Origin: Candidatus Sulfomarinibacteraceae bacterium
GTDB lineage: Bacteria > Acidobacteriota > Thermoanaerobaculia > Thermoanaerobaculales > Sulfomarinibacteraceae
NCBI GenBank assembly: GCA_963796455.1
Contig: CAWCLO010000001.1
Span: 1,152,001 to 1,216,000, forward strand
Direction of reading: 5' to 3'
Length of the DNA stretch: 64,000 bases
The notes beneath the pieces were generated by a model. It was not told the origin of the DNA. It was given only the letters and a program-made list of their open reading frames with translations, and did no database searches. Shown piece by piece: positions 8,541-18,606 of the stretch. The position numbers were made by a program, and so were the translations under genes. Within the stretch, counting starts at the first letter, position 1, and each line of letters starts with the position of its first letter.

Positions 8541-10818
8541 GCGTGCTCCGTTTCCTGTTGAAATCGAATCCTGGGTAATCGATTCGATGATGGTACATAT
8601 TGGTCAACACCCAAAGGAAGGCCGACGCCACTTTGTCGAGTTCCGAAAATGTCAGGTCGCAGTTGTCGAGTTGATCGTCCTCGAGCGCATTCGAAAATAT
8701 TTTGTCGATCATGGCCTGGATCTTGGCCGGGCTCGGTGTCTCGATCGTCCGTGCGGCCGCTTCGACCGCGTCGGCAAGCAGCAGGATCCCCATCTCCTTG
8801 GTGTGCGGCCTCGGTCCGGGATACCGGTATTCACTTTCACGAATCTCTGTCCGGTCATCAGTCCGATGCTCGAGAGCCTTATTGTAGAAATACCGGATCA
8901 GTTTAGTGCCGTGATGGGTGGCGATGCCCTGGCGGATCGGCAACGGCAACTTGGATTCCCGAGCCATCTCCAGGCCTTCTTTGACGTGGCTCTGAATGAC
9001 CAATGCCGACATTGAAGGAACCAGATCGTCGTGCGGATTGCCGTTGCGTTGATTTTCGACGAAGTACTCCGGTTTCACCAGTTTTCCGATGTCGTGGTAG
9101 TAGGCACAGACCCTCAACAACAGCGCATTTGCTCCCACCGCGTCGGCCCCGGCTTCAACCAGATTGCTCACCGCAAGCGAGTGTTGATAGGTCCCGGGCG
9201 CCTCGAGAGACAATCGTTTGAGGAGCGGCAGATTCTGATTCGAGAGCTCGAGGAGGCGGGTGTCGGTCGTGATGCCGAAAACCCCCTCGAGAGCGGGCAA
9301 CAGGAAGGAGACAACGCCAACCGACAACGGACCGCCGATAAAGGCGCAGATGGCGGCAATACCCACGGCAGCCACCGAATCCGGGACCCCCTGATAGAGC
9401 TGGATCGCGAGCATGACCGCCACGTTTGCAGCGCCGACCACCAGACCGACCCGGCTCAGGGATGCGCGGTCCTTGGACCGTTCGGCCGCGAGAGCCCCGA
9501 CCACACCGGAGGCCACCGCAAAGATCGCGAGCATGAAATCGCCGCCAAGCATCATCCCGACAATCACCGCCGAGCAGGCCGCAAAGATCAGCGCCGGCTG
9601 AAGACCGAGCAGAATCAGGACGGTGACCGGCCCGGCCGCAAATGGCAGGGCCCACAAATAGACCTCGACAATCGACAGCGCCGGTCCCTGGGCGTTAAAG
9701 GCAATGGCATTGACCAGGTAAAGGGCAAGACGATGGGCGAGCGTAAAGAGCACGAGGAGGATATAGATCATCGACAGCCGCGGGCCGAGTTCGGCGGGAA
9801 CACTGATCCGACCCAGGACCAACCACCAACCGATCATCATCAGGACCAGGAGCAGTGCAATGCCCGCAATTTTGGCCCCGGTTGCCACGTCTCGACTCTC
9901 TCGTTGAAAGACCCGCAGCGTTTCCGCCACTTCGTCGGTGACCGTATCTCCCCTCCGCACCAGCACCTGCCCACGACGAAGATCTCGTGATCTCGGGACA
10001 ACATTTTCGGCGGCATCGCGTCGCCGCTGCTCCGTTTCGGCGCGGTTGTACACCAGATTCGAGCCGAGGTTGGCTTCGAGGAAGACCAGCATTGGTTTGA
10101 TCCACCGCCGCGCGACCGCCGGCCGTTCGAGCAGCCGCGCCTGGAGGAGAGGCTCGAGCCCGGAGCGAACATCCACTGCGGTGGACAATCGATCCAGATC
10201 GGCAACCTGTTCGCTTCCGGAGGAAAGATTTCGTACCGCAACGCCACGTTCGCCGCGGCGTTCCAGGGCCCGCCGGTCATCGACGATCCGCGCCTGATAG
10301 GCCAGGCTCACCACCTCGATCAGCGACGTCTCGAGTTGTTCGGCACAACCGGAGTTTTCGAGGATTCGCCGAATCGAACCGGTTTCGCGCAGGTCGGTGA
10401 AGGCTTCCATTCCGGCAACATTGTCCTGCGGGAATTGCAGCAGATTCCGGCAGGCCTCGAAGAGCACCCGGATCTCGTCTTCGAGTTCGATTCGCAGCCT
10501 GGGTTCGAGATCGTAGACCGGCAGCACCGATTCGCTCGCATCGCGGCGGGCAGCTTCGGTGGCCGCTTCATCAGGAAGGGTGATGTCCACGGGGATCACC
10601 AGATCAAAGGTCGCCACATCACCCGGCTGCCAGTCGGGTGGACCGCTTCCAACCCGCGGCAGCAGCAGCCATGTACAGCACACGGTGGCCACAAATGCCC
10701 ACACCATCGGTTTCTCGAGCAAACCGTCCCACCACCCGGCGCGCACCTCGAGACCACGTTGGATCCGGGTCCCAGAAGCCCTGGGTTCCGATTGGGGCCT
10801 GCCGTTGCCCTTCTTCAT
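8485..10818 (-). CDS. 7TM-HD family phosphohydrolase (PgpH-like, candidate c-di-AMP phosphodiesterase)
   Basis: Extracytoplasmic domain, 7TM region, APGTYQHS, YYHDIGK, HHGT, YRYPGP, LLADAVEAA; ATG 10818 overlaps the phoH stop. Confidence 0.88.
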   Translation of the reverse strand: MKKGNGRPQSEPRASGTRIQRGLEVRAGWWDGLLEKPMVWAFVATVCCTWLLLPRVGSGPPDWQPGDVATFDLVIPVDITLPDEAATEAARRDASESVLPVYDLEPRLRIELEDEIRVLFEACRNLLQFPQDNVAGMEAFTDLRETGSIRRILENSGCAEQLETSLIEVVSLAYQARIVDDRRALERRGERGVAVRNLSSGSEQVADLDRLSTAVDVRSGLEPLLQARLLERPAVARRWIKPMLVFLEANLGSNLVYNRAETEQRRRDAAENVVPRSRDLRRGQVLVRRGDTVTDEVAETLRVFQRESRDVATGAKIAGIALLLVLMMIGWWLVLGRISVPAELGPRLSMIYILLVLFTLAHRLALYLVNAIAFNAQGPALSIVEVYLWALPFAAGPVTVLILLGLQPALIFAACSAVIVGMMLGGDFMLAIFAVASGVVGALAAERSKDRASLSRVGLVVGAANVAVMLAIQLYQGVPDSVAAVGIAAICAFIGGPLSVGVVSFLLPALEGVFGITTDTRLLELSNQNLPLLKRLSLEAPGTYQHSLAVSNLVEAGADAVGANALLLRVCAYYHDIGKLVKPEYFVENQRNGNPHDDLVPSMSALVIQSHVKEGLEMARESKLPLPIRQGIATHHGTKLIRYFYNKALEHRTDDRTEIRESEYRYPGPRPHTKEMGILLLADAVEAAARTIETPSPAKIQAMIDKIFSNALEDDQLDNCDLTFSELDKVASAFLWVLTNMYHHRIDYPGFDFNRKRSTRDSGPHQVGEKTGTTNGQ

Positions 10819-11786
10819 TTGGATTCCCGGTCCTTCTGTCGCGTCCTGTTTTCCCACCGCTCATAACCATCGACCACACGCTGTACGAGGCGGTGGCGGA
10901 CCACGTCTCGATGGGTGAACGTGACAAAGGCAAATCCATCCGTGCCTTGAAATATCTGCAGCGCTTCAACAAGACCCGATGATTTCGCAAAGGGGAGATC
11001 GATCTGGGTCACGTCCCCGGTGACCACCACTTTCGATTCGTAACCCATCCGCGTCAGAAACATCTTCATCTGTTCGTGGGTAGTGTTCTGTGCTTCGTCG
11101 AGGATGATGAACGCGTCATTCAAGGTCCTTCCGCGCATGAACGCCAACGGCGCGATCTCGATGATCTGGCGTTCGAGGAGCTTGCACACTTTTTCGTAAC
11201 CCAGAATGTCATAGAGGGCATCGTATACCGGCCTCAAATAGGGGTTGATCTTTTCCACCAGATCGCCTGGAAGGAAACCGAGCCGCTCACCAGCCTCGAC
11301 GGCCGGCCTCACCAGAACAATTCGGCGGACCTGCTTGTCCATCAGAGCCGCAGCAGCCAAGGCCACCGCGAGATAGGTCTTGCCGGTGCCTGCCGGACCG
11401 GTCACGAAAACACAGTCGTGGGAGTGGGCCGATCGGATAAAAAGCCGCTGGTTCAGGTTTCGCGGCATGACGTATCGCCTCAGGGAGGCGGGAACCGATG
11501 CATCCAGGAAAAACTCGATCAGATCGGTCTCCGGGTCCTCCTCGAGGACGCGAACGCCGGTGCGGAATTCTTCCTTCGTCATCGCGCCGCCTGAAGACAA
11601 CATGCGATCAAAGGACTCGAGCACCCGCCGGGCGATGTGCTCTGCCTCCTCCTCGCCGGACAGCTGGATCTCCGTCCCACGGGCACTGACCGACACCCCG
11701 AGCCGTTCTTCGAGGTACCGCAGGTGCTCGTCCCTGGTTCCGAAGAGATGTTCGAGGTTTTTCTCACTAACGGTCAAATGCGACAT
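10815..11786 (-). CDS. phoH: PhoH-like ATPase
   Basis: GPAGTGKT, RPAVEAGERLGFLPG, FMRGRTL, LDEAQN, GDVTQIDL, DVVRH. Confidence 0.95.
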   Translation of the reverse strand: MSHLTVSEKNLEHLFGTRDEHLRYLEERLGVSVSARGTEIQLSGEEEAEHIARRVLESFDRMLSSGGAMTKEEFRTGVRVLEEDPETDLIEFFLDASVPASLRRYVMPRNLNQRLFIRSAHSHDCVFVTGPAGTGKTYLAVALAAAALMDKQVRRIVLVRPAVEAGERLGFLPGDLVEKINPYLRPVYDALYDILGYEKVCKLLERQIIEIAPLAFMRGRTLNDAFIILDEAQNTTHEQMKMFLTRMGYESKVVVTGDVTQIDLPFAKSSGLVEALQIFQGTDGFAFVTFTHRDVVRHRLVQRVVDGYERWENRTRQKDRESK

Positions 11787-11991
11787 CAAACAGACGCTCC
11801 CCGCCCATCAACCACTATGGTCGACTGTGGCCATTATTCGTATTACTGGGGTCATCGCTATCCACGGACAGGCCTATCTCGCTCCCTGTAAATCACCTCG
11901 TACGAGGCCGCGATAGCCGGCGCTTCCATCCACAAGGACATGATTGTAGCAAGTGAAAGCAAAATTCAGCGGTGATCTCTGCCCGAATCCG

Positions 11992-12540
11992 TCAATCTGT
12001 GGATCCCGGATGCCACTCGGGATCGGATACTCCCGCACGGTGATTGAGAAAACGGGCGCAAACAAAGAACGCATCGGAGACCCTGTTGAGATAGGGGATC
12101 ACCCCTTCGGGCAAGCCGCCGTCGCGATTCGAGAGGGCCAGCACCCTTCGTTCGGCTCGTCGGCACACCGTCCGTGCCACGTGAGCCAGGGCTGCGGCGC
12201 GGCAGCCACCGGGGAGGATAAATGCCCGGAGCGTGTCAAGCTCCGAATCCATCGCATCGATCCACTCTTCGATCGGTCCGACCGCCCAGGATTCCGGCGG
12301 ATGTTCGACCCGTCCTTTCGGATCGGCGAGCACGGCACCGACCGCAAAGAGGGCACGCTGGCATTCTTGAATCGGTTCCGCAACAATTTGAGGTACATCC
12401 TCCACCAAAAGGAGACCAAGCATGGAATTGAGTTCATCAATCGTTCCGTAGGACTCGATTCGCAGATCGTCCTTCTGTACGCGCCCGCCGGAGAGCAGTG
12501 AGGTCTCTCCTTCGTCACCTGTTTTTGTGTAGACCTTCAT
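11992..12540 (-). CDS. ATP:cob(I)alamin adenosyltransferase, PduO type
   Basis: KVYTKTGDEGET, YGTIDELNS, FILPGG, ARTVCRRAER, YLNRVSD. Confidence 0.93.
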   Translation of the reverse strand: MKVYTKTGDEGETSLLSGGRVQKDDLRIESYGTIDELNSMLGLLLVEDVPQIVAEPIQECQRALFAVGAVLADPKGRVEHPPESWAVGPIEEWIDAMDSELDTLRAFILPGGCRAAALAHVARTVCRRAERRVLALSNRDGGLPEGVIPYLNRVSDAFFVCARFLNHRAGVSDPEWHPGSTD

Positions 12541-12564
12541 GGGGGCATTCTACCCGGTTTCAAG

Positions 12565-13005
12565 CCGTGGCAGCCCGAGCCCGAGCCAGGCAGAGGTGCA
12601 GAGGAGCGGAGGGGCCTAGCGCCCATCGCTATCGGAATCGCTATCGACGGTAAGATCGACCCACCAATCGGCGGAGAGGAAAAACGGCAAGTGAGAAAAT
12701 GAGAACCACTCGGCAAGGATTTCTCCTGAATGGAAACGTCGCCTCCCGATGTCATCCTGAGCGGAGCCCCACAGGGGCGGAGTCGAAGGATCTATGAGAT
12801 GGAACGGAGCCATCCCAGACCGCAGATCCTTCGACTCCGCGCTCGAAGCGCTGCGCTCAGGATGACATCTTGAACGACAGTTCCGTTCCCGATCCCGATC
12901 CCGAAAGGGAGAAAGGGGGAAAGGGAGAAAGGGAGAACCGTATCGGAAGTTCTGTTCGTAATAAGGAGTGGGCATTCCAAATTCCGAATTCCGAATTCCG
13001 AATTC
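12565..13005. repeat. Composite repeat locus R5: GCAGAGG octamers, ATCGCT hexamers, full GTCATCCTGAGCG hairpin (12748-12869), CCCGAT hexamers, GGGAGAAA octamers, TTCCGAA heptamers
   Basis: Modules shared with the 23.3, 36.3, 38.6 and 42.6 kb loci. Confidence 0.85.
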
Positions 13006-13017
13006 TTCCTCTGCACC

Positions 13018-13956
13018 TCAGTCCTCCTCCCCCGACCACTTGAATCGGTAGTCGAAACGGAACGAGGTTGCGGGAACCGACCCGGTGAGGGTGTGCGAGC
13101 TTTTGTGACGGATGATGTGGAGGGTGAGCTCCTCATCCGGCTCGTAGCTCCGAAGGATCCGCATCGCGTGCTCCGGGCTCGTGACCTCGCGGTCACCGAT
13201 TCGCAGGATCACGTCGCCACTTTCCAGACCCAAGGTCTCTTCGCCCTCCGGACCCCGGACCACCAGGACCCCTTTATCGGATCCGAAGTACTCACCAAGC
13301 TCCGGGTTGACCGCGGCAAGTTCCATATCGAACCAGCCACGAGGCAGAAACCATGGTTCGGCGGTCTGGCCGGCGAGAACCGGCGCGGCGTGAAAATCGA
13401 AATCCGAGAGGCCCGTGAATCCCGCCGCAAGCCTGGGGCTGAAATCGACCTTCCGGGCGATCATGGTCGCCTCGTGTCCATCACCATCGCGCAGATAGCG
13501 AAGGGTCACCGCGTCCCCCTCAGCGAGTTCGTGCGATCTCTTCACGAGTTCACGAGACGCCTCCGCCGCAATAGTTCGAGCGTCCCCGTCGGTCGTCGAG
13601 AGCGGTTCACCGTTCCAGTGGGTGACGACGTCGCCCGACCTGAGACCCGCCTCTTCCGCCGGAGAGCCCGGTGTGACACCGAGGATCACGGCACCGGGGT
13701 CGGTCTCACCGGGCCATGAGAATCCACCCTTGATGACGATTCCGAGTCCGGGCCGGTTCATGTCAGCCCGGGAAAGGAATTCTCCATAGACCCATTTCTT
13801 CGGCGAGTACTGGATCCGGATTTCATCAACCGCATCGCGGAGCGCCTTGTGGGCATCCTTTGGATCATCGGTAGACTCTTCGTCGGCAAACCCGACACCG
13901 CTTACTGAGATTGCGGCGAGGCACAAAAAAACTGAAAAAACAGACATCCTTTTCAT
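13018..13956 (-). CDS. Secreted tandem-PDZ-domain protein
   Basis: Signal peptide; GLGI...VTPGSPAEEAGLRSGDVV; second PDZ GVLVV...GLESGDVILRIG; no protease domain seen. Confidence 0.85.
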   Translation of the reverse strand: MKRMSVFSVFLCLAAISVSGVGFADEESTDDPKDAHKALRDAVDEIRIQYSPKKWVYGEFLSRADMNRPGLGIVIKGGFSWPGETDPGAVILGVTPGSPAEEAGLRSGDVVTHWNGEPLSTTDGDARTIAAEASRELVKRSHELAEGDAVTLRYLRDGDGHEATMIARKVDFSPRLAAGFTGLSDFDFHAAPVLAGQTAEPWFLPRGWFDMELAAVNPELGEYFGSDKGVLVVRGPEGEETLGLESGDVILRIGDREVTSPEHAMRILRSYEPDEELTLHIIRHKSSHTLTGSVPATSFRFDYRFKWSGEED

Positions 13957-14585
13957 GGTTGACTCCCTTCGTAGTGAAAGACGGCGTAACCCACGCCCTC
14001 ATCCGCCCCGTTGCCGGCCCGCGCGGCAACCAGGGCGTCGAGAAGCTCGACGCGGTGACTCCAGAGGGCGACGGCCCGTTCGCCATCGTCCCCGACCGCG
14101 CCCCGGTCCAATGTCATATCAAGGTGCGCGATTCGATCTTCGAGGTCGACGATGACCGCGGCCCTCCGCGCGCTCATCACCTGGCGCCGAAGCGCCGGAT
14201 CTCTGAGAACCTGCTCGAGGTCGTTCGATGCGGCCGCCAGTCCCTCGATGGCGAGCTGCCGGTCGGCGTCCCGGCTTACGGTCGTCGAAGTCGGTATCGG
14301 CGAACGCACGAGCGCAATGGCGGCGATGACCGCGATCACAGAAGCCGCGACCGCGGCGATCCGCCGGGCGAGAGAACGCCTGCGCTCCGCGACGACCCGA
14401 CGCCGGATCTCCGGCCACAAATCGTGTTCGAAAGCCGCTGGAGGGAGGGAGCGCAACGCAGAGTTCACGGACTTCAGCTCGTCGAGCCCGTCCTGACAAC
14501 GCGGGCACGAAGCGACGTGGCGCTCCACATCGACGGGACCCTCACCGTCCCGCAGTGCCAACAGTTCTTCCAGCTTCGGATGCAT
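13953..14585 (-). CDS. Zinc-finger (ZAS-type) transmembrane anti-sigma factor
   Basis: HVASCPRC (HxxxCxxC), one TM helix, directly downstream of an ECF sigma factor. Confidence 0.8.
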   Translation of the reverse strand: MHPKLEELLALRDGEGPVDVERHVASCPRCQDGLDELKSVNSALRSLPPAAFEHDLWPEIRRRVVAERRRSLARRIAAVAASVIAVIAAIALVRSPIPTSTTVSRDADRQLAIEGLAAASNDLEQVLRDPALRRQVMSARRAAVIVDLEDRIAHLDMTLDRGAVGDDGERAVALWSHRVELLDALVAARAGNGADEGVGYAVFHYEGSQP

Positions 14586-15159
14586 CTCCGGTCCCTTCAG
14601 TTCGTGCCAATGCCACGCGCAGGCGCGAATGCGCCCGTGACAGCTGCGATTTCGAAAATGATATGGATCTGCCGAAACAATCGGCAATCTCCCGGTGCGT
14701 CAAGCCCTCAACATCGTGCAGCCAGACCACGACGCGGGCCTCGTCAGGCAGGGCTGCGAGCGCTCGTTCGAGATCGATTCGCCGCCAGCTCCTCCCCCCG
14801 TCGATGTTCACCTGGAGATCGCGATCCAGAATCCCGGTGTCCACCGACTCAAGCGCCACCGATTTCATCCGCCGCCGTTTTCTCTGCGACGTCAGCGCCT
14901 TGGAGACGGTGATCCGCCGCAACCAGGCGCCAAAAGCCCCGTCGCCACGAAATGAGGCCAGACTGCGGATGACCTCGAGAAAAGTCTCCTGCACAACCTC
15001 CTCGGCCTCGTGCATCGAGCCGCAAATCCGCAACGCCAAGGTCGAAACCGGTAACGAATAGAGTCGATACATGGCCTCCAACGCGTCGAGATCACCCCGC
15101 CGCGCCCGCGCCAGGTGCATCTCGTCGATCACCGCAAAAAAACCGGTTCTGCCTGCCAT
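14542..15159 (-). CDS. ECF RNA polymerase sigma-70 factor
   Basis: AEEVVQETF, FGAWLRRI, ALAALP...VWLHDVEGLTHREIA...SKSQLSRA. Confidence 0.92.
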   Translation of the reverse strand: MAGRTGFFAVIDEMHLARARRGDLDALEAMYRLYSLPVSTLALRICGSMHEAEEVVQETFLEVIRSLASFRGDGAFGAWLRRITVSKALTSQRKRRRMKSVALESVDTGILDRDLQVNIDGGRSWRRIDLERALAALPDEARVVVWLHDVEGLTHREIADCFGRSISFSKSQLSRAHSRLRVALARTEGTGDASEAGRTVGTAGR

Positions 15160-15298
15160 CACCCCAATAGGATGCACGGTCGGGCCAAAGGGTCGCAAGT
15201 CGCCCGTTGTCAGACGTAGTTTTGCTATCGAGCGGGGGGACTGGGTGGTGCAGTAGGCCTGTGTGATAAATTTGAGGTAGTTCGAAAGAGATGGAGGA

Positions 15299-16750
15299 GT
15301 GTCGGTGGAGCTCAAAGAGCTGCTCATGTTCATGACCAAAAAGGGTGCGTCTGACCTTCACATCAAACCGATGCGGCCGCCGCTGCTGAGGATTCAAGGT
15401 CGACTCATACCGATCAAGGCGGACCCGCTCAAACCGGACGAGGTCGAGGACATGCTCGGGAGTATCCTCAAACCCGCCCAGAAGGAGCGCTTTGCCACCA
15501 GCCAGGCCGTGGATATGGGTTACGGCGTTCCTGGAGTCGCACGCTTTCGCTGCAACATGTATATGCAGCGCGGAACCATGGCGGCGGTCTTTCGACGCGT
15601 GCCATTCGAAATCCAGAGCGCTGACAAGCTCAATCTCCCCGAGGTCATCAACTCCTTTACCGAATACCCCGGCGGTCTGGTGCTCATCACCGGCCCGACG
15701 GGCTCCGGAAAATCAACCTCGTTGGCAGCAATGATCAACCTCATCGCCAAGGCTCGCCAGTGCCATGTCGTGACCATTGAAGACCCGATCGAGTTTCTTT
15801 TTCAGGATGACAAGGCGACGATTTCGCAGCGCGAGGTGGGGACCGACACCCCAACCTTTCACGAGGCGCTCAGAAACTGCATGCGCCAGGACCCCGATGT
15901 CATCATGGTTGGTGAGATGCGCGATCCGGAGACCATGGCGACCGCGATCACCGCAGCGGAGACCGGCCATCTGGTCTTTTCCACCCTTCACACCAACAGT
16001 GCCGCCCAGACTGTCGACCGGATCATCGATTCGTACCCGGCCGACCAACAGACCCAGATCCGAGGCCAACTCGCCCTCGTCCTGAGGGCGATCGTTTCCA
16101 TGCAGTTGGTGGAGAACAAGGACGGGACCGAACGGCTGCCGGCCTGTGAGATCCTCATCAACTCACCAAAGATCTCGAAACACATCGAAAACGGAGAGAT
16201 CAAGGAAATTTTCGAGGAGATGGAAAACTCCGTCAATTTCTACCGCATGCAGAGCATGAACCAGTCGTTGATCGCACTCCTCGCCCACAGCCAGATCACC
16301 TACGAACAGGCGATCGACGCCTCGGCAGATCCCGATGACCTGTCGCTCAAGCTGAGGGAGATGTTTCCAAATATCGAGGAGCAATTCAGGGAGGGTGAGA
16401 TGTCCCCGTCACCAGCAGATTTTTCGCAGATCACCGAACTGCTTGAAACCAAGCAGATGTATGAAGAGACCGAAGAACGCCACCGCGTGAAAATGGGCGA
16501 GAAGGACGAACAGATCGAAACCCTCGAAAGTGATTTGGCGGCCTTGCGCGAGCAACTTCAGCAAACCGCCGAGAGCACCGACGGATTGCGGCGCGAGGCC
16601 GAGATCGCCCGTTCCGAAGTGCAGCGGGCACGGGAAGAATCGCAGCAGAAGATCAATGCCCTCAACGAGCGGATCCGCGAACTCAACCAGCAACTTCAGG
16701 GCGAAAATGGCGCCGGTGGTAAGGGTTCCTCGGGCTTCTTCAAGCGCTGA
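15299..16750 (+). CDS. pilT: PilT/PilU family type IV pilus ATPase with a C-terminal coiled-coil extension
   Basis: ASDLH, GPTGSGKST, TIEDPIE, RQDPDVIMVGEMRD, AETGHLVFSTLHT. Confidence 0.88.
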   Translation: MSVELKELLMFMTKKGASDLHIKPMRPPLLRIQGRLIPIKADPLKPDEVEDMLGSILKPAQKERFATSQAVDMGYGVPGVARFRCNMYMQRGTMAAVFRRVPFEIQSADKLNLPEVINSFTEYPGGLVLITGPTGSGKSTSLAAMINLIAKARQCHVVTIEDPIEFLFQDDKATISQREVGTDTPTFHEALRNCMRQDPDVIMVGEMRDPETMATAITAAETGHLVFSTLHTNSAAQTVDRIIDSYPADQQTQIRGQLALVLRAIVSMQLVENKDGTERLPACEILINSPKISKHIENGEIKEIFEEMENSVNFYRMQSMNQSLIALLAHSQITYEQAIDASADPDDLSLKLREMFPNIEEQFREGEMSPSPADFSQITELLETKQMYEETEERHRVKMGEKDEQIETLESDLAALREQLQQTAESTDGLRREAEIARSEVQRAREESQQKINALNERIRELNQQLQGENGAGGKGSSGFFKR

Positions 16751-16799
16751 ACGCATTCGATCAGGTCCGTGCCATGACATGGCGACTGTTAAACCCGAC

Positions 16800-17100
16800 G
16801 AAGTGAATGCTGTTCGCTGTCGCTGCCCCGGCCGCTGGTCGTTGCCGCTGACTCCTGTTCGCCGACGCTGTCCCTCGCTGTCCCTGATCACCATCCGCGA
16901 AGCTGTTTTGGACAAGAGCGATCCAGCATCCAGTATCGAGTACAGGGTATCGAGCGACTATACGGTTCTCCCTTTCTCCTCCGCACCCGTGCCCCTCTGC
17001 CCCTCTGCCTTTTCCTCCAAGGTAACTTGCAGGAACGGGTTCGAGATCGGAGAGGTCGGTCTCCCTTTCTCCCCTTCTCCCTTTCCCCCTTTCTCCCTTA
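16800..17100. repeat. Composite repeat locus R6 (right-half modules only): CGCTG arm, boundary 16903-16918, CAGCATC/GAGTATC heptamers, CTCTGCCC and TTCTCCCC octamers
   Basis: Shares gaagtgaatgctgttcgctgtc with the 27.5 kb locus. Confidence 0.85.
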
Positions 17101-17136
17101 CTCCTCACTGCGCTATCATGACCCGCCGGGGGAGCT

Positions 17137-18492
17137 GTGGTCGAAGACTTTGCCGAACGCGAACTGATCGAGGAGCTGCAAGCCCTTCTTCACGATGGCG
17201 AAGAAGAGGCTCTGCAGATATTTCTCCGCCTGGTTCGCCCCGAGGACATCGCCGAATGGCTTGATCTGTTATCGGTCGATGCTCGGCAACAGATCCTCGG
17301 TGCCCTCGATCATGAAGCGGCCGGTACCGTTCTCAACGACACCACACCATTGATTCGCGCAGAGCTCGTCGAAGAAATCGAACCCAGACGTCTGGCTCGC
17401 ATTGCCGAGGCGCTGCCCGCGGACGAGGCTGCAGATCTGATCGGTGAACTCGAAACCGACGATTACGAGCGGGTTCTCCATCATATTTCCACCGAGGACG
17501 AAGAAGTCCTCCGTCACCTGCTCACTTATCCTGAGGACACCGCCGGCGGCATCATGAATCCGGAGGTGGTGGCCCTCCGACCCGAAGAAACGGTTGATGA
17601 CGCCATAAGTTTCCTACGAACCGCGGAGGCGGAGACCGTCACCGCAGCTGTTTATGTCGTTGACAACGAAGGACGGCTGCAGGGATTTGTCCGGTTGCGC
17701 CGGATGGTCACCGCCCGCCCTGCGACGAAACTTGGCGACATCATGTCCACCGATGTGATCTCGGTGCAGGTGGACACCGATCAGGAAGAGGTCGCCGACC
17801 TGGTCGACAAGTATGACTTCATGGCCATGCCCGTGGTCGATGAAAACAACCGATTGATGGGCGCGGTAACGGTTGACGACGTTCTCGACGTGATCGAAGA
17901 GGAAGCAACCGAGGACATCTACAAGATGGCCGGTTCGTCGGTCGAGGAGGAGGAGTCGGCATCGATTCTCCACGTCGCACGCTACCGTTTGCCCTGGTTG
18001 CTCGTTTGCCTGGCGGGAACGCAGGTTTCTTCCTTTGTTCTCGTTTTCGCTGCAAGGGAAGTCAGCCTCTATGCCCAGATGTCCGTCTTTACTGCAGCCA
18101 TTATGGCGATGGCCGGTAATACCTCCCTGCAAAGTTCGACCACAACGGTGCGCCGCCTCGCCCTCGATACGCTTCCGAGAGCTCGCTTTTTGAGCCACAT
18201 CCTGCGCGAAATCGCGGTCGCTCTTTTGATGGGTGTGATTTGCGGCGCGGTCGCTTCGGCGCTTGCCCTGTTGCTTCACAACAATCCGCTGATCGGATTC
18301 GCCCTGGGCCCGGCAATGGCCATTGGAATGTCGGCCGCGAGTCTCCTGGGAACCGCCATGCCGATGGTCCTGGACATCGCCGGTGTCGATCCGGCGATAG
18401 CATCAGGCCCTCTGGTTTCAACCATCAACGACTCACTGGCATTGACCGTGTACTTTTTGGTAGCGACAGGGCTGTTGTTGGTGATCGGTTGA
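17137..18492 (+). CDS. mgtE: Magnesium transporter MgtE
   Basis: YPEDTAGGIM, CBS pair, MAGN, DPAIASGPLVSTIND. Confidence 0.95.
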   Translation: MVEDFAERELIEELQALLHDGEEEALQIFLRLVRPEDIAEWLDLLSVDARQQILGALDHEAAGTVLNDTTPLIRAELVEEIEPRRLARIAEALPADEAADLIGELETDDYERVLHHISTEDEEVLRHLLTYPEDTAGGIMNPEVVALRPEETVDDAISFLRTAEAETVTAAVYVVDNEGRLQGFVRLRRMVTARPATKLGDIMSTDVISVQVDTDQEEVADLVDKYDFMAMPVVDENNRLMGAVTVDDVLDVIEEEATEDIYKMAGSSVEEEESASILHVARYRLPWLLVCLAGTQVSSFVLVFAAREVSLYAQMSVFTAAIMAMAGNTSLQSSTTTVRRLALDTLPRARFLSHILREIAVALLMGVICGAVASALALLLHNNPLIGFALGPAMAIGMSAASLLGTAMPMVLDIAGVDPAIASGPLVSTINDSLALTVYFLVATGLLLVIG

Positions 18493-18606
18493 GACGCTAA
18501 CAGGACCGTTCTCGCAGTCGCAATCGGCATCCAACCCGCCTGGCCAACACCAATCTGACATGCCGATAGCGACAGCACCCTCATCCTGAAGGGGAGTCGC
18601 GAATCC

